Positions 1 to 8,184 of a stretch of 55,985 bases of DNA are shown here, piece by piece. The notes below the pieces were generated by a model. It had not been told where the DNA came from. It made no database searches and worked only from the letters and a program-made list of their open reading frames with translations. The stretch covers positions 1-55,985 of the forward strand of contig JAHQVX010000054.1 in the NCBI GenBank assembly GCA_019634125.1, written 5' to 3'. Within the stretch, counting starts at the first letter, position 1; every line of letters begins with the position of its first letter. The translations under genes and the position numbers were made by a program. The DNA is from Saprospiraceae bacterium (GTDB lineage: Bacteria > Bacteroidota > Bacteroidia > Chitinophagales > JAHQVX01).

Positions 1-1
1 G

Positions 2-196
2 AACTCCGACTATGAAGCCAAACGGCATAAGAGCATTGCCCTAGAAATGCCTCATATTTTAGTGCTACCTGAGCAATCGTTCAATCATTGGTTGCGGGAA
101 AAAGGAAAACTAGGCGGACAACATAAAGTGCCCCGCCTAAACAACGATCGGAAGATCGTAGAAGAGATTAAAGCACAAGTCTACTCTACTTACTAA
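2..196 (+). CDS. 3' end of an unidentified CDS entering from the left window edge
   Basis: Frame is open from position 2 to TAA at 194-196. C-terminal peptide is ...FNHWLREKGKLGGQHKVPRLNNDRKIVEEIKAQVYSTY. Too short for a family call. Confidence 0.4.
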   Translation, partial: NSDYEAKRHKSIALEMPHILVLPEQSFNHWLREKGKLGGQHKVPRLNNDRKIVEEIKAQVYSTY

Positions 197-1133
197 TTGA
201 CTCTACGAAATTGTGTATCGCGGGAACTAAGCCTTTGTGCAAGGGCAAGTCAGGATTAGAATACGTAGCAAAATTTTCACCAAATGAAGTATGTGCTTCC
301 ACTTCCTTCAAAATATGATTCATTTGCTCAATCATCACCAATCCAGCGCTAGGTTGGGCTGCTTTCAGCAATTCGGCATCTTGAGCTGAGACCTGAATAT
401 CTTCGGTTCCATTAATAATGAGCACGGGTTGTTCTACAGCTGCTATTTCTTCAGCCGGATCATAGGCCATCCAAGACCGCAAGAACTTATGCGTAGGCGC
501 AGGTAATGACATGGCAATTTGCGGACTAATGCCTTCAAAAGCTTCTCCTGCTTTAATGAAGTCCATCGCTTTCTTCATGTTTTCGCCCAGTTCAGCAGAC
601 TGTGCCATGACTTGCTGAGTCATCTTCTCATCCATGGGCATACCTGGGCCAGCTAATGAGATAACAAAATCTACTTCTGGTTGTCGGCGTGCAATAATGG
701 TGGCAATCATAGCCCCTTGACTATGTCCGAGAATACCGATATTGTCGAACTGAGGATGCGGCAATAAAACACCTAGCCAACCTTCAAATCCTTCAATAAA
801 ATGATTGAAATCCGCTTCAGCTTGAGGCAAATCATAGGTGCTTGATCCCGAAAAATATTTATCAAAACGCAAGGTGGCATAACCAGATTCTACCAGACCA
901 TCAGACAAATACTTGAAGGGCTGTCCTTTAACGCCAGCATTGCTGTTCCCATCTCGATCGTTTGGCCCAGAGCCTGAAATCATCAAGATGACATCGCAGG
1001 TGTTACAATCCTCTGGAATGGTGAGTACACCAGCCAAGCTGCCTTGGGCTGTTTCTAAGGTACTCTCTTCTTCAGATTGGGCAAATAAGGATATACTGAA
1101 CGCAAAAAATGGAAGTAGGAGTAAGTTTTTCAT
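186..1133 (-). CDS. secreted alpha/beta-fold serine hydrolase
   Basis: 315-aa ORF with signal peptide MKNLLLLPFFAFSISLFAQ and nucleophile elbow GHSQG. Lies 14 nt downstream of, and co-oriented with, the riboswitch-controlled TonB-dependent receptor. Confidence 0.8.
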   Translation of the reverse strand: MKNLLLLPFFAFSISLFAQSEEESTLETAQGSLAGVLTIPEDCNTCDVILMISGSGPNDRDGNSNAGVKGQPFKYLSDGLVESGYATLRFDKYFSGSSTYDLPQAEADFNHFIEGFEGWLGVLLPHPQFDNIGILGHSQGAMIATIIARRQPEVDFVISLAGPGMPMDEKMTQQVMAQSAELGENMKKAMDFIKAGEAFEGISPQIAMSLPAPTHKFLRSWMAYDPAEEIAAVEQPVLIINGTEDIQVSAQDAELLKAAQPSAGLVMIEQMNHILKEVEAHTSFGENFATYSNPDLPLHKGLVPAIHNFVESISK

Positions 1134-1147
1134 ACTTCAAGATACTT

Positions 1148-3307
1148 TTAAAACTTCACATTCAATCCACCTAAGAAGTAAGTACCAGCTTGAGGGTAGT
1201 AATACTCTTCATAAATCGTTTCACCGCCAAAAATATAGCCGAAGGTATAGCCGTTTGCCTCGTAGTCTGTGTCGAATAGGTTGTTCACTCGTGCATTAAT
1301 ATCAATGGCTTTAATAAAGCCCGCATTCTCTGCAAGGGTAGCGTTGAGTGCTAAATTATTCACGAGATAAGCATCAATTTTCCGGCTTTCCGTCGACGTA
1401 TTATCTAGAAATTGATCGCCTACATACTTACTAATGAGGCTAACTTTTAAGCGGCCAGGAATTGGAGCGTACGCTATATTTCCACCTGCAATCACGTTTG
1501 GAGACAGCGCTAAATCGGTGTCTTCGTGAAAGACTTGTTGTGCACCACCATTGTCGAAATCATCAATATTCTCTACAAAGCTTTCGATTCGATTCTGGCT
1601 GAATGTGGCGTTGGCGGCGATTTCAAACTTCTCGTTTGGCTGCCAATTGGCCTCTAGTTCAACCCCTGCTCGATAGCTATCGTCTACATTCACGCGGGTA
1701 TAGGCACCCACATCATTTACCCCACCGGTTACAGCCAATTGATCTTTGTAATCCATGAAATAGAAATTCACCCCAGCATTGACCACGCCATTGTAGCGGT
1801 AGCCGAGTTCAAAATCGGTTAATTTTTCTGCAACAGGCAGTTGATCTGCTGGTGAGTCGGTATAATCGGAGCGATTCGGTTCTTTCTGAGCGACGGATAC
1901 GGAAGCATAAGCGGAGTTATCGCCCCCACGCCAAGTTAATCCCGCCTTCGGGTTGAAGAAATTGTGATCAACCGTTTGTGGGAGCGGTGTAACAGTACCT
2001 GACCCGTCTAATGCCAGTCCTTCGAAATCGTAGTTTACCCGGCGGAATTGTAAATCAACATAAGGGGTAAAGCCCGACTCGAAATCGTAGGTGTACTTGG
2101 AGTATATATTAAAGTCGGTCTTATCAGCATCATTAAAGTAATAATTCTGTCCAATTCGTTCTTGGGGAATGAACTGTCCAGAGATCACTTCTCCGAAGTG
2201 ATCCCCGAGGTATTTGTTCCATCCCCCACCCACTTTGATGTTGTGGGCATCTTGGTAGATATTAGTTGAAAAAATGGCTCCAAAGAAGTCGTTATCCAAC
2301 CAGCGTCTACGAACGAGGTCGGATTCGGTAATGGTTTGGCCTCCGATGACTTGATCGGCAATACCGTAATTGCCTAAACCGTCTTGCTCGCGAAATTCTT
2401 CGAAAAAGCCTTGACCTTTCGTGTAATGTAATCCGATGTCAAGACTTACATCATCGCTAAGTGGTTGATCTAGGAATAGCTGATAATGGTCTTGCTGGTA
2501 ATCGTCTACTTGGTTTTCGTAGGTATATGGGTTGAAGGTACGGTTGTTGGCGAGGATGCTTTCTTCGATACCAAACCAAGCTTGGTAGGTCACTTCATGG
2601 CCGGCGAAGGTGATGAATTTCAGTTGTCCATCAGTTGGGGAATCGCCGAGTTTATAGCTGGTATCGAAGTAATAGCTTTGTAGGTCGGAAGTGGCTCGAT
2701 CGATGAATCCGTCGGAGGTAATTTTCGATAGCCGGCCTTCTACTGTCCAGCGATCGTTGAGGAGTCCAGATCCAAATTTCACAGAGTTTCTGAGGGTATT
2801 GAATGTGCCGGCTGAGCCTGAATACTCTCCATATGCTTCTGCAGACGATGCTTGAGTTTGGAGGTGTAGGGAGGCGCCGAAGGCGCCGGCTCCATTGGTA
2901 CTGGTTCCAGCACCACGAACAAGGACCATATTATCTACCGAACTGGCAAAATCGGGCATATTGACCCAAAACACGCCTTGGCTTTCGGAATCATTTAGCG
3001 GCACTCCGTTAATGGTCACGTTGACCCGACTAGCATCGGAACCCCGAACGCGTAATCCGGTATACCCGACGCCGGCACCGGCGTCGGAAGTCGACACCAC
3101 AGAAGTTAGATTGTCTAATAAAATTGGAATGTCTTGGCCGAGATTAGAATTCTTTATAGAAGTAGAATCCAACACAGAAAAGGATACAGGATACTTGTCT
3201 AATACAATCGCTACGGGTTCTATTTTTTGATCTTCAATCTGAGCATAAAGACCAAGAGCTAATACATTCAATAATCCAATCAGCAAAAATCGTTTCATGT
3301 TTTGCAT
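1148..3307 (-). CDS. TonB-dependent outer-membrane receptor (putative thiamine-related transporter)
   Basis: 719 aa with signal peptide ...LGLYAQ and an N-terminal plug-like region (RVRGSDASRVNVTINGVPLND). Long beta-barrel with C-terminal ...YFLGGLNVKF ending in Phe. TPP riboswitch lies directly upstream. The start could instead be Met4 (3298). Confidence 0.9.
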   Translation of the reverse strand: MQNMKRFLLIGLLNVLALGLYAQIEDQKIEPVAIVLDKYPVSFSVLDSTSIKNSNLGQDIPILLDNLTSVVSTSDAGAGVGYTGLRVRGSDASRVNVTINGVPLNDSESQGVFWVNMPDFASSVDNMVLVRGAGTSTNGAGAFGASLHLQTQASSAEAYGEYSGSAGTFNTLRNSVKFGSGLLNDRWTVEGRLSKITSDGFIDRATSDLQSYYFDTSYKLGDSPTDGQLKFITFAGHEVTYQAWFGIEESILANNRTFNPYTYENQVDDYQQDHYQLFLDQPLSDDVSLDIGLHYTKGQGFFEEFREQDGLGNYGIADQVIGGQTITESDLVRRRWLDNDFFGAIFSTNIYQDAHNIKVGGGWNKYLGDHFGEVISGQFIPQERIGQNYYFNDADKTDFNIYSKYTYDFESGFTPYVDLQFRRVNYDFEGLALDGSGTVTPLPQTVDHNFFNPKAGLTWRGGDNSAYASVSVAQKEPNRSDYTDSPADQLPVAEKLTDFELGYRYNGVVNAGVNFYFMDYKDQLAVTGGVNDVGAYTRVNVDDSYRAGVELEANWQPNEKFEIAANATFSQNRIESFVENIDDFDNGGAQQVFHEDTDLALSPNVIAGGNIAYAPIPGRLKVSLISKYVGDQFLDNTSTESRKIDAYLVNNLALNATLAENAGFIKAIDINARVNNLFDTDYEANGYTFGYIFGGETIYEEYYYPQAGTYFLGGLNVKF

Positions 3308-3381
3308 TTATTTGCTTCCGAAATGTTTTAATAAATGGAAATTGAAAAGGCAGACTTTCCCCAAAGATTGGATAGCTATAG

Positions 3382-3463
3382 TGTTTTCCCTACGCCGGTA
3401 CAAGCCGGATCCGGTTCAAAGGGTGTAATCTCAGTCTCGGCTAAGCCGAGACACCCCTAAACA
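3382..3463 (-). promoter_or_regulatory. TPP (THI-box) riboswitch aptamer
   Basis: Minus-strand RNA reads UGUUUAGGGGUGUCUCGGCUUAGCCGAGACUGAGAUUACACCCUUUGAACCGGAUCCGGCUUGUACCGGCGUAGGGAAAACA. It contains the conserved GGGGUG, CUGAGA, ACCCUUUGAACC..GAUC, and GCGUAGGGAA blocks. P1 is UGUUU/AAACA. It sits about 75 nt upstream of the receptor start codon. Confidence 0.9.
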
Positions 3464-3491
3464 ATTTCTTTGGGCAAATGTAGCTTAGAAG

Positions 3492-4007
3492 TTAGACTTT
3501 AGCCAATAGTTCAGAAACTTTCTGAATCGCCATCGAGGTCCGACTTTGGAAATCGCCATGAACAATTGTGTAATCAGCTTCTATGGCTTGAAGCTCTTGT
3601 TCAAATAGTTTAAAGAGTTCTTCTCTTCGATGTGGCATATCACGTTGGCCATCGTCCACCCATGGAATATCGGGTTTCAGTAACAAATAATGATCGTAAT
3701 TCTCTTTCTTAAATAGTGTGTTAAACCAAAAAGGTTCACTATCAAAATAGAGTTGATGATAGACTTTTAGGGTCATACAGTTGGTGTCATAAAAAATGGC
3801 CCTTTGGGCCATTTTTAGTCCATTTTCCTCACTTTTTAGCTGTTTTTGGGCAATTTCTTGCATATTTTCTTCAAAAACCGCCTGTTTCTCGTCAAAAAAC
3901 ACTCGCAAATATTCGGGCACCCAAGTGGTTTCGAAGTGCTGAGCCAGTTGCTCTGCCAACACGGTTTTCCCGGAAGATTCTGGACCAATAAGTACGACCT
4001 TAAGCAT
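3492..4007 (-). CDS. NadR-C-terminal-like P-loop ATPase/kinase (ribosylnicotinamide-kinase family)
   Basis: Walker A GPESSGKT near the N-terminus. Size (about 171 aa) and pairing with a Pnu transporter are typical of this family. Start chosen at MLKVVLIG (ATG 4005-4007), overlapping the pnuC stop as ATGCTTAA. The ORF track offers 4028. Confidence 0.7.
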   Translation of the reverse strand: MLKVVLIGPESSGKTVLAEQLAQHFETTWVPEYLRVFFDEKQAVFEENMQEIAQKQLKSEENGLKMAQRAIFYDTNCMTLKVYHQLYFDSEPFWFNTLFKKENYDHYLLLKPDIPWVDDGQRDMPHRREELFKLFEQELQAIEADYTIVHGDFQSRTSMAIQKVSELLAKV

Positions 4008-4650
4008 ACTTTTTCTCTTGTTGTTCATCGATCAATTTTCGCCACTCTACAATCCCCCAAATGGCTAAGCCGAGAAAGATAAAGTATTGAAGGCTGGTGA
4101 AAGTGAAGCCCTTAATAAAATACAACGGAATGGAAATGATGTTGCCGATAATCCAAAAATACCAATGTTCAATTTTTCGGCGAGCCATTAACCACATACC
4201 TACAAAGAAGATAGCTGTAGTAAAAATGTCAACGTAAGGAATCCAAGAATTCTCGTGGACCTCCAACTTATCGAAGCCTTTATAAATAATAAATACCAAG
4301 GCCATAGATGCAAGAAACAAGACCGATGAAAACGTAAAGTCTTTTTGATTAGACTGCGTAATTGGGGTTACTTCTGTGTTAACCCCTTTCCTAGTCCAGA
4401 CCCACCAGCCATAAATACTCATTATGAAGTAGTATGCGTTGACCATTAAATCGCCAATTAATCCCCACTTGGCTAAGAGGTAAACGAAAATTGCCGTGCT
4501 CACTATCCCAGTAGGATACACTAAAATGTTGTTGGCTCTGGAGAAGAATACACTGGCCACGCCAAAACCTACTGCTATGAGCTCTAAAACAATAAATAGC
4601 GTAGAATATTCTTGGTACTGGCCAAAAAGAAAATCGAAGATACTTTCCAT
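4000..4650 (-). CDS. pnuC: PnuC-family vitamin (nicotinamide riboside or thiamine) transporter
   Basis: 216 aa with about 7 TM segments. Pnu-family pattern: ANNILVYPTGIVSTAIFVYLL...MVNAYYFIMSIYGWWVW. TAATG overlap with the upstream polyprenyl synthase. Confidence 0.85.
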   Translation of the reverse strand: MESIFDFLFGQYQEYSTLFIVLELIAVGFGVASVFFSRANNILVYPTGIVSTAIFVYLLAKWGLIGDLMVNAYYFIMSIYGWWVWTRKGVNTEVTPITQSNQKDFTFSSVLFLASMALVFIIYKGFDKLEVHENSWIPYVDIFTTAIFFVGMWLMARRKIEHWYFWIIGNIISIPLYFIKGFTFTSLQYFIFLGLAIWGIVEWRKLIDEQQEKKYA

Positions 4651-5624
4651 TACTTTTTCCGCTCAATCGTGTAGTTGACCAATTGAATCAAAGCTTGCTT
4701 GGCTTCATTATCTGGGTATTGATCTAGGGCAGTCAATGCTTTTTGTTGATAGGCGCGCATAACTTGTTCAGCATAACGAATACCTCCTGCATCTTTCACA
4801 TGCTTGATGACTTGATTCACGCGTGGTTTGTTGGTGTTGTGGTGCTTCACGGTTTTGATGATGAATCGCTTGGTGGCTTTGTCTACGTTCTGCAAGGTAT
4901 AAATCAATGGCAGGGTCATTTTCTGCTCTTTAATATCAATACCTCTAGGCTTCCCTACATCCGCATCACCATAGTCGAAGAGATCATCTTTAATTTGGAA
5001 GGCAATACCGATATTTTCCCCGATTTGTCCAATTTCCTCTATAGTCGATTCATCTTCGGTTACTGACATAGCTCCCGCTCGGCAAGCCGAGCGGATGAGT
5101 GAGGCTGTCTTCGCTTTGATAATCTCAAAATAGACTTCCTCTGTAATATCGAGTTTCCGAGCTTTTTCGATTTGGAGTAGTTCGCCCTCACTCATAGCTT
5201 TCACCGCCGAGGACAAGTTTTCTAACTGCCCAAACTCTTTATTCTCGATAGCGAGTAATAAGCTTCTAGAGAGCAAGAAATCGCCAACAAGCACAGCTAC
5301 TTTATTCTTCCAAAGGGCATTAATCGAAAAGAAGCCTCGTCTTCGGTAAGCATCATCTACTACATCATCGTGCACTAATGAGGCAGTGTGCATGAGTTCA
5401 ATCAGTGAGGCACCAATATAGGTTTTCTCGTTTATGTTACCCAGCATTTTTGCCGTAAGTAAGACAAAGAGCGGACGCATTTGTTTGCCTTTCCGTTGAA
5501 CGAGGAAATAGGTGATTTTATCGAGGAGTGGCACTTTGGTACGCATGGAGGCTTTGAACTTCTTATTAAAGATGTTCAGTTCTTGAGCTACCGGTGATTT
5601 GATATCTGCTACGGAAACCGCCAT
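4650..5624 (-). CDS. trans-polyprenyl diphosphate synthase (IspB-like)
   Basis: 324 aa. First Asp-rich motif is LVHDDVVDDAYRRRG; second is FQIKDDLFDYG. Confidence 0.9.
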   Translation of the reverse strand: MAVSVADIKSPVAQELNIFNKKFKASMRTKVPLLDKITYFLVQRKGKQMRPLFVLLTAKMLGNINEKTYIGASLIELMHTASLVHDDVVDDAYRRRGFFSINALWKNKVAVLVGDFLLSRSLLLAIENKEFGQLENLSSAVKAMSEGELLQIEKARKLDITEEVYFEIIKAKTASLIRSACRAGAMSVTEDESTIEEIGQIGENIGIAFQIKDDLFDYGDADVGKPRGIDIKEQKMTLPLIYTLQNVDKATKRFIIKTVKHHNTNKPRVNQVIKHVKDAGGIRYAEQVMRAYQQKALTALDQYPDNEAKQALIQLVNYTIERKK

Positions 5625-5676
5625 GCGTCAAAATTAGTGTGCAAACTTAAGATATTTACTGATGTGGTGTTGATAT

Positions 5677-5710
5677 AAAAAAAGAACCACCCCGTTCGGG
5701 GTGGTTCTTT
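5677..5710 (-). terminator. rho-independent terminator after the OmpA/TSP3 gene
   Basis: Perfect 10-bp GC-rich stem GAACCACCCC/GGGGTGGTTC with a 4-nt loop. The A-run on plus gives a U-run on the minus transcript. Lies 28 nt past the stop of the upstream minus-strand gene. Confidence 0.8.
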
Positions 5711-5737
5711 CTATAAAAAAACTATCAGTTCTGTTTT

Positions 5738-7354
5738 TTAGTTTCCTCCTCCAGGGAATGGAGCAGCTGGGTTAGCTGAACCGTACTCACCAGGACGAGC
5801 AGAGCGTACATTTACAACATCGCCGAATCCATCAACAGAAGAGTAACGTACAATGATTCTATCTCTAGAAATTCCGTAAGTATCAACTAGTGCATTAGCA
5901 ACAGCTTGTGCTCTAGCGTAAGCCATTTGCTGACCTACTTTACGGCTTCCAGTAGCAAATCCTTCAATTACAACTCTACAGCTAGGGTTTCCAGCTAACA
6001 TAGAAGCGATTGATTGGATCTTAGCATTCTCGGCAGCAACTAAACGCTTAGAACCTTTTGTAAAGTTCACGCTTGGGTAAGCCATGTTAGCACATGGATC
6101 AGGGTTGCCGATTGGGTGTGTTCTGTGGTCTTCGAATTCTTTTCTTAATTCTTCAACCTCATCACAACAATGCTTGTCGATAATTTCAGTACAACCGTTC
6201 TCATCGATATCAGCACGCTGAGCAGCTGGAGTAAATGGACATGCATCTACACAGTCAGCAACACCATCTTTATCAGAATCGATAACAACACCAGAACCAT
6301 CAACGAAAGTACATGGAGAGTTAGGCTCTTTGTCTAAACGATCAATTACACCGTCACCATCTGCATCGTCGAATAAGTAATCAGGATCGAAAGAATATTC
6401 GTCTGTAAGGTGTGGGTAAGCGAAGTTTAAAGGATTCTCCCACCAAAGTGGCTGAACTCTTTTGTCTTTGTTACCAAGAGCAAACTCTAATTTTGCGTTA
6501 GTAGTGAATAACTGATCTTTGTCAGAAGAGAAATCGTTATCTGCAAAAGAGTCTGTTGGATCATCATAAGCTTCAGTATCAATCCAGTCAACCCAAGTAC
6601 GTGTGTAACGTGGCTCAAGACCAATCGCTAAACGATCAGAAGCTCTATAATTAAGACCTGCAGCAGCAGTAGCAACAGGAGTGAATACGTAATCGCCTTC
6701 TAAACCACCTCTACGAGTATCTCTAGGATCGTTGTAGTTGAAAACAGTACCGTTTGCAGCAGCAAGAGCAGCGTTTGTATTACCAGGAGCAGCCATTAAT
6801 GTAGTTTCTGTATCATATAAGATACCACCACCACCTAAAGATAAATCTAGGTTCCAACGGTTTTGCTCTCTATGGAAGTTAATATTATTTAAGTTCAATA
6901 CTAATTCTAAAGTAGCCTGGTGAATAGTAGCTTCGAAGTTGTCGAAGTGTAAACCACCTGCTAAGTCAGTTGTTCCAACTCGTTGAGTTGAATTAGAAGT
7001 ATTCATTTGTGAAACAGAATAGTCTTCTCCTTCTGGACGTTGGTAATCGTAACGTAATCTTAAAGAAGTAGCATATCCTAATGCTTTACGAAGGCTAGCT
7101 CCAACATTGTATCCAAATTCAGGATTTACATCACCAGAAACTTGTGCGTAACCGCCTTCGATTCCAAGTGCCCACATGTTACGTGGTTTAGCAGGAAAAC
7201 GGTACTCTCCATCAAGGAAAGCTTCGTGCTGGTCCATTCTTGATTGTGGGACCTGATCTTCATTTGGAGTCACATTGTCAACCTTTTCAAGCTGTGCGAA
7301 TGCAACAGTTGCTGTGAATAAAACAGCAAGAACTGAAAGTGTAAGTTTTTTCAT
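5738..7354 (-). CDS. OmpA-family outer-membrane protein with thrombospondin type-3 (Ca-binding) repeats
   Basis: Signal peptide MKKLTLSVLAVLFTATVAFAQ (start moved from 7420 to 7354). TSP3-like repeats DADGDGVIDRLDKEP and DSDKDGVADCVDACP. C-terminal OmpA domain with ...MAYARAQAVANALV. Confidence 0.85.
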   Translation of the reverse strand: MKKLTLSVLAVLFTATVAFAQLEKVDNVTPNEDQVPQSRMDQHEAFLDGEYRFPAKPRNMWALGIEGGYAQVSGDVNPEFGYNVGASLRKALGYATSLRLRYDYQRPEGEDYSVSQMNTSNSTQRVGTTDLAGGLHFDNFEATIHQATLELVLNLNNINFHREQNRWNLDLSLGGGGILYDTETTLMAAPGNTNAALAAANGTVFNYNDPRDTRRGGLEGDYVFTPVATAAAGLNYRASDRLAIGLEPRYTRTWVDWIDTEAYDDPTDSFADNDFSSDKDQLFTTNAKLEFALGNKDKRVQPLWWENPLNFAYPHLTDEYSFDPDYLFDDADGDGVIDRLDKEPNSPCTFVDGSGVVIDSDKDGVADCVDACPFTPAAQRADIDENGCTEIIDKHCCDEVEELRKEFEDHRTHPIGNPDPCANMAYPSVNFTKGSKRLVAAENAKIQSIASMLAGNPSCRVVIEGFATGSRKVGQQMAYARAQAVANALVDTYGISRDRIIVRYSSVDGFGDVVNVRSARPGEYGSANPAAPFPGGGN

Positions 7355-7406
7355 TTTAATAATCAATTGGTTAGTCAAATTTTTAATAAACCGTAATTTG
7401 AAAGGG

Positions 7407-7436
7407 CAAATATAAGTCAATATTTGATTTGCCCAA
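7407..7436 (-). promoter_or_regulatory. putative Bacteroidota sigma-A-type promoter for the OmpA/TSP3 gene
   Basis: On the minus strand, TTG (7436-7434), a 19-nt spacer, then TATATTTG (7414-7407). This matches the -33 TTG / -7 TAnnTTTG consensus, about 52 nt upstream of the ATG. Motif match only. Confidence 0.3.
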
Positions 7437-7540
7437 GATTTTCTAAGCTTTTTTTAAGCTAGTGAATCTTTAGATTGATGCCGCAAAACTAGCGGGAAAG
7501 AGATACTTTTGACAAAACTTTACCATTCGTTTAAGATATT

Positions 7541-7867
7541 ATGCCAAAAAAAGATATACAGTTTCAAATTACACTTGATAATGAATTGATCCCAGAAGGA
7601 ATAATTTGGGAGAATAGCGACGATGCAAAAGCCCGGCAAGTAAAGTCATTGTTTGTGAGCGGGTGGGATGAAAAGGAGAATTCGAGTTTAACCTTTAATA
7701 TATGGACGAAGGACATGCGAGTAGATGAGATGCACCATTTATATGTACAAACGTTGATTAGTTTGACCGATGGCTTTCAAAAAGCTACAGGAAACGAGTT
7801 TGTGCATGAAGACATGCGTACGTTCTTACAAAATTTTGAGAAAAAGATTGCTGCCAGTGGGCTTTAG
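7541..7867 (+). CDS. gldC: gliding motility protein GldC
   Basis: 108 aa. The blocks ...LTFNIWTKDMRVDEMHHLYVQTLISLTDGFQKATG... resemble the remembered Flavobacterium johnsoniae GldC (WTKDMPVDEM...QTLVSMADTFQRAT). Confidence 0.8.
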   Translation: MPKKDIQFQITLDNELIPEGIIWENSDDAKARQVKSLFVSGWDEKENSSLTFNIWTKDMRVDEMHHLYVQTLISLTDGFQKATGNEFVHEDMRTFLQNFEKKIAASGL

Positions 7868-8181
7868 CCCACTGGTGCAAGGCTGACCTCGAGGCCATTC
7901 ACCGCCTCGGAAATTTTAATCTGACAAGCCAATCTACTTTTTGCCTCATCTACAAAGAAGGCCTCATCGAGCATATCTTCTTCGTCGTCTGATTTCTCAG
8001 GGAGTGGATGATCTGATTCTACGTAACAATGACAGGAAGCACACATAGCCATTCCACCACAAGTGCCTTCAACAGGCAACTCATGTGCCTTTAGCACTTC
8101 CATCAAGTTCATATTCATGTCGGTTGGCGCTTCTAATTCGTGAAGTGCGCCCTCCCGATCGGTGACATTAATTGTAATCAT
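7864..8181 (-). CDS. 2Fe-2S ferredoxin (adrenodoxin/putidaredoxin type)
   Basis: 105 aa. Cys ligand pattern GTCGGMAMCASCHCYV ... ACQ. Confidence 0.85.
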   Translation of the reverse strand: MITINVTDREGALHELEAPTDMNMNLMEVLKAHELPVEGTCGGMAMCASCHCYVESDHPLPEKSDDEEDMLDEAFFVDEAKSRLACQIKISEAVNGLEVSLAPVG

Positions 8182-8184
8182 AGT

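Noticed and set aside
913-1299. 128-aa plus-strand ORF spanning the hydrolase/receptor junction
   Set aside because: It is antisense to two strongly supported minus-strand genes. The sequence is low-complexity Ser/Leu/Arg-rich with no motifs.
2895-3230. 111-aa plus-strand ORF (also 2486-2683) inside the TonB-dependent receptor
   Set aside because: It is antisense to a receptor gene that has clear plug and barrel features. This is a typical shadow ORF.
4391-4666. 91-aa minus-strand ORF (and 4496-4678 plus) overlapping pnuC
   Set aside because: It is an alternative frame of a well-supported transporter gene, with no start context or motifs.
7355-7420. N-terminal extensions offered by the ORF track (here, and at 9199-9294, 27679-27723, 39252-39281, 41609-41650, 44195-44227, 49927-49953, 52084-52113)
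   Set aside because: In each case an internal ATG gives a canonical signal peptide or family N-terminus, and/or a tight junction with the upstream gene. The extensions look non-coding.
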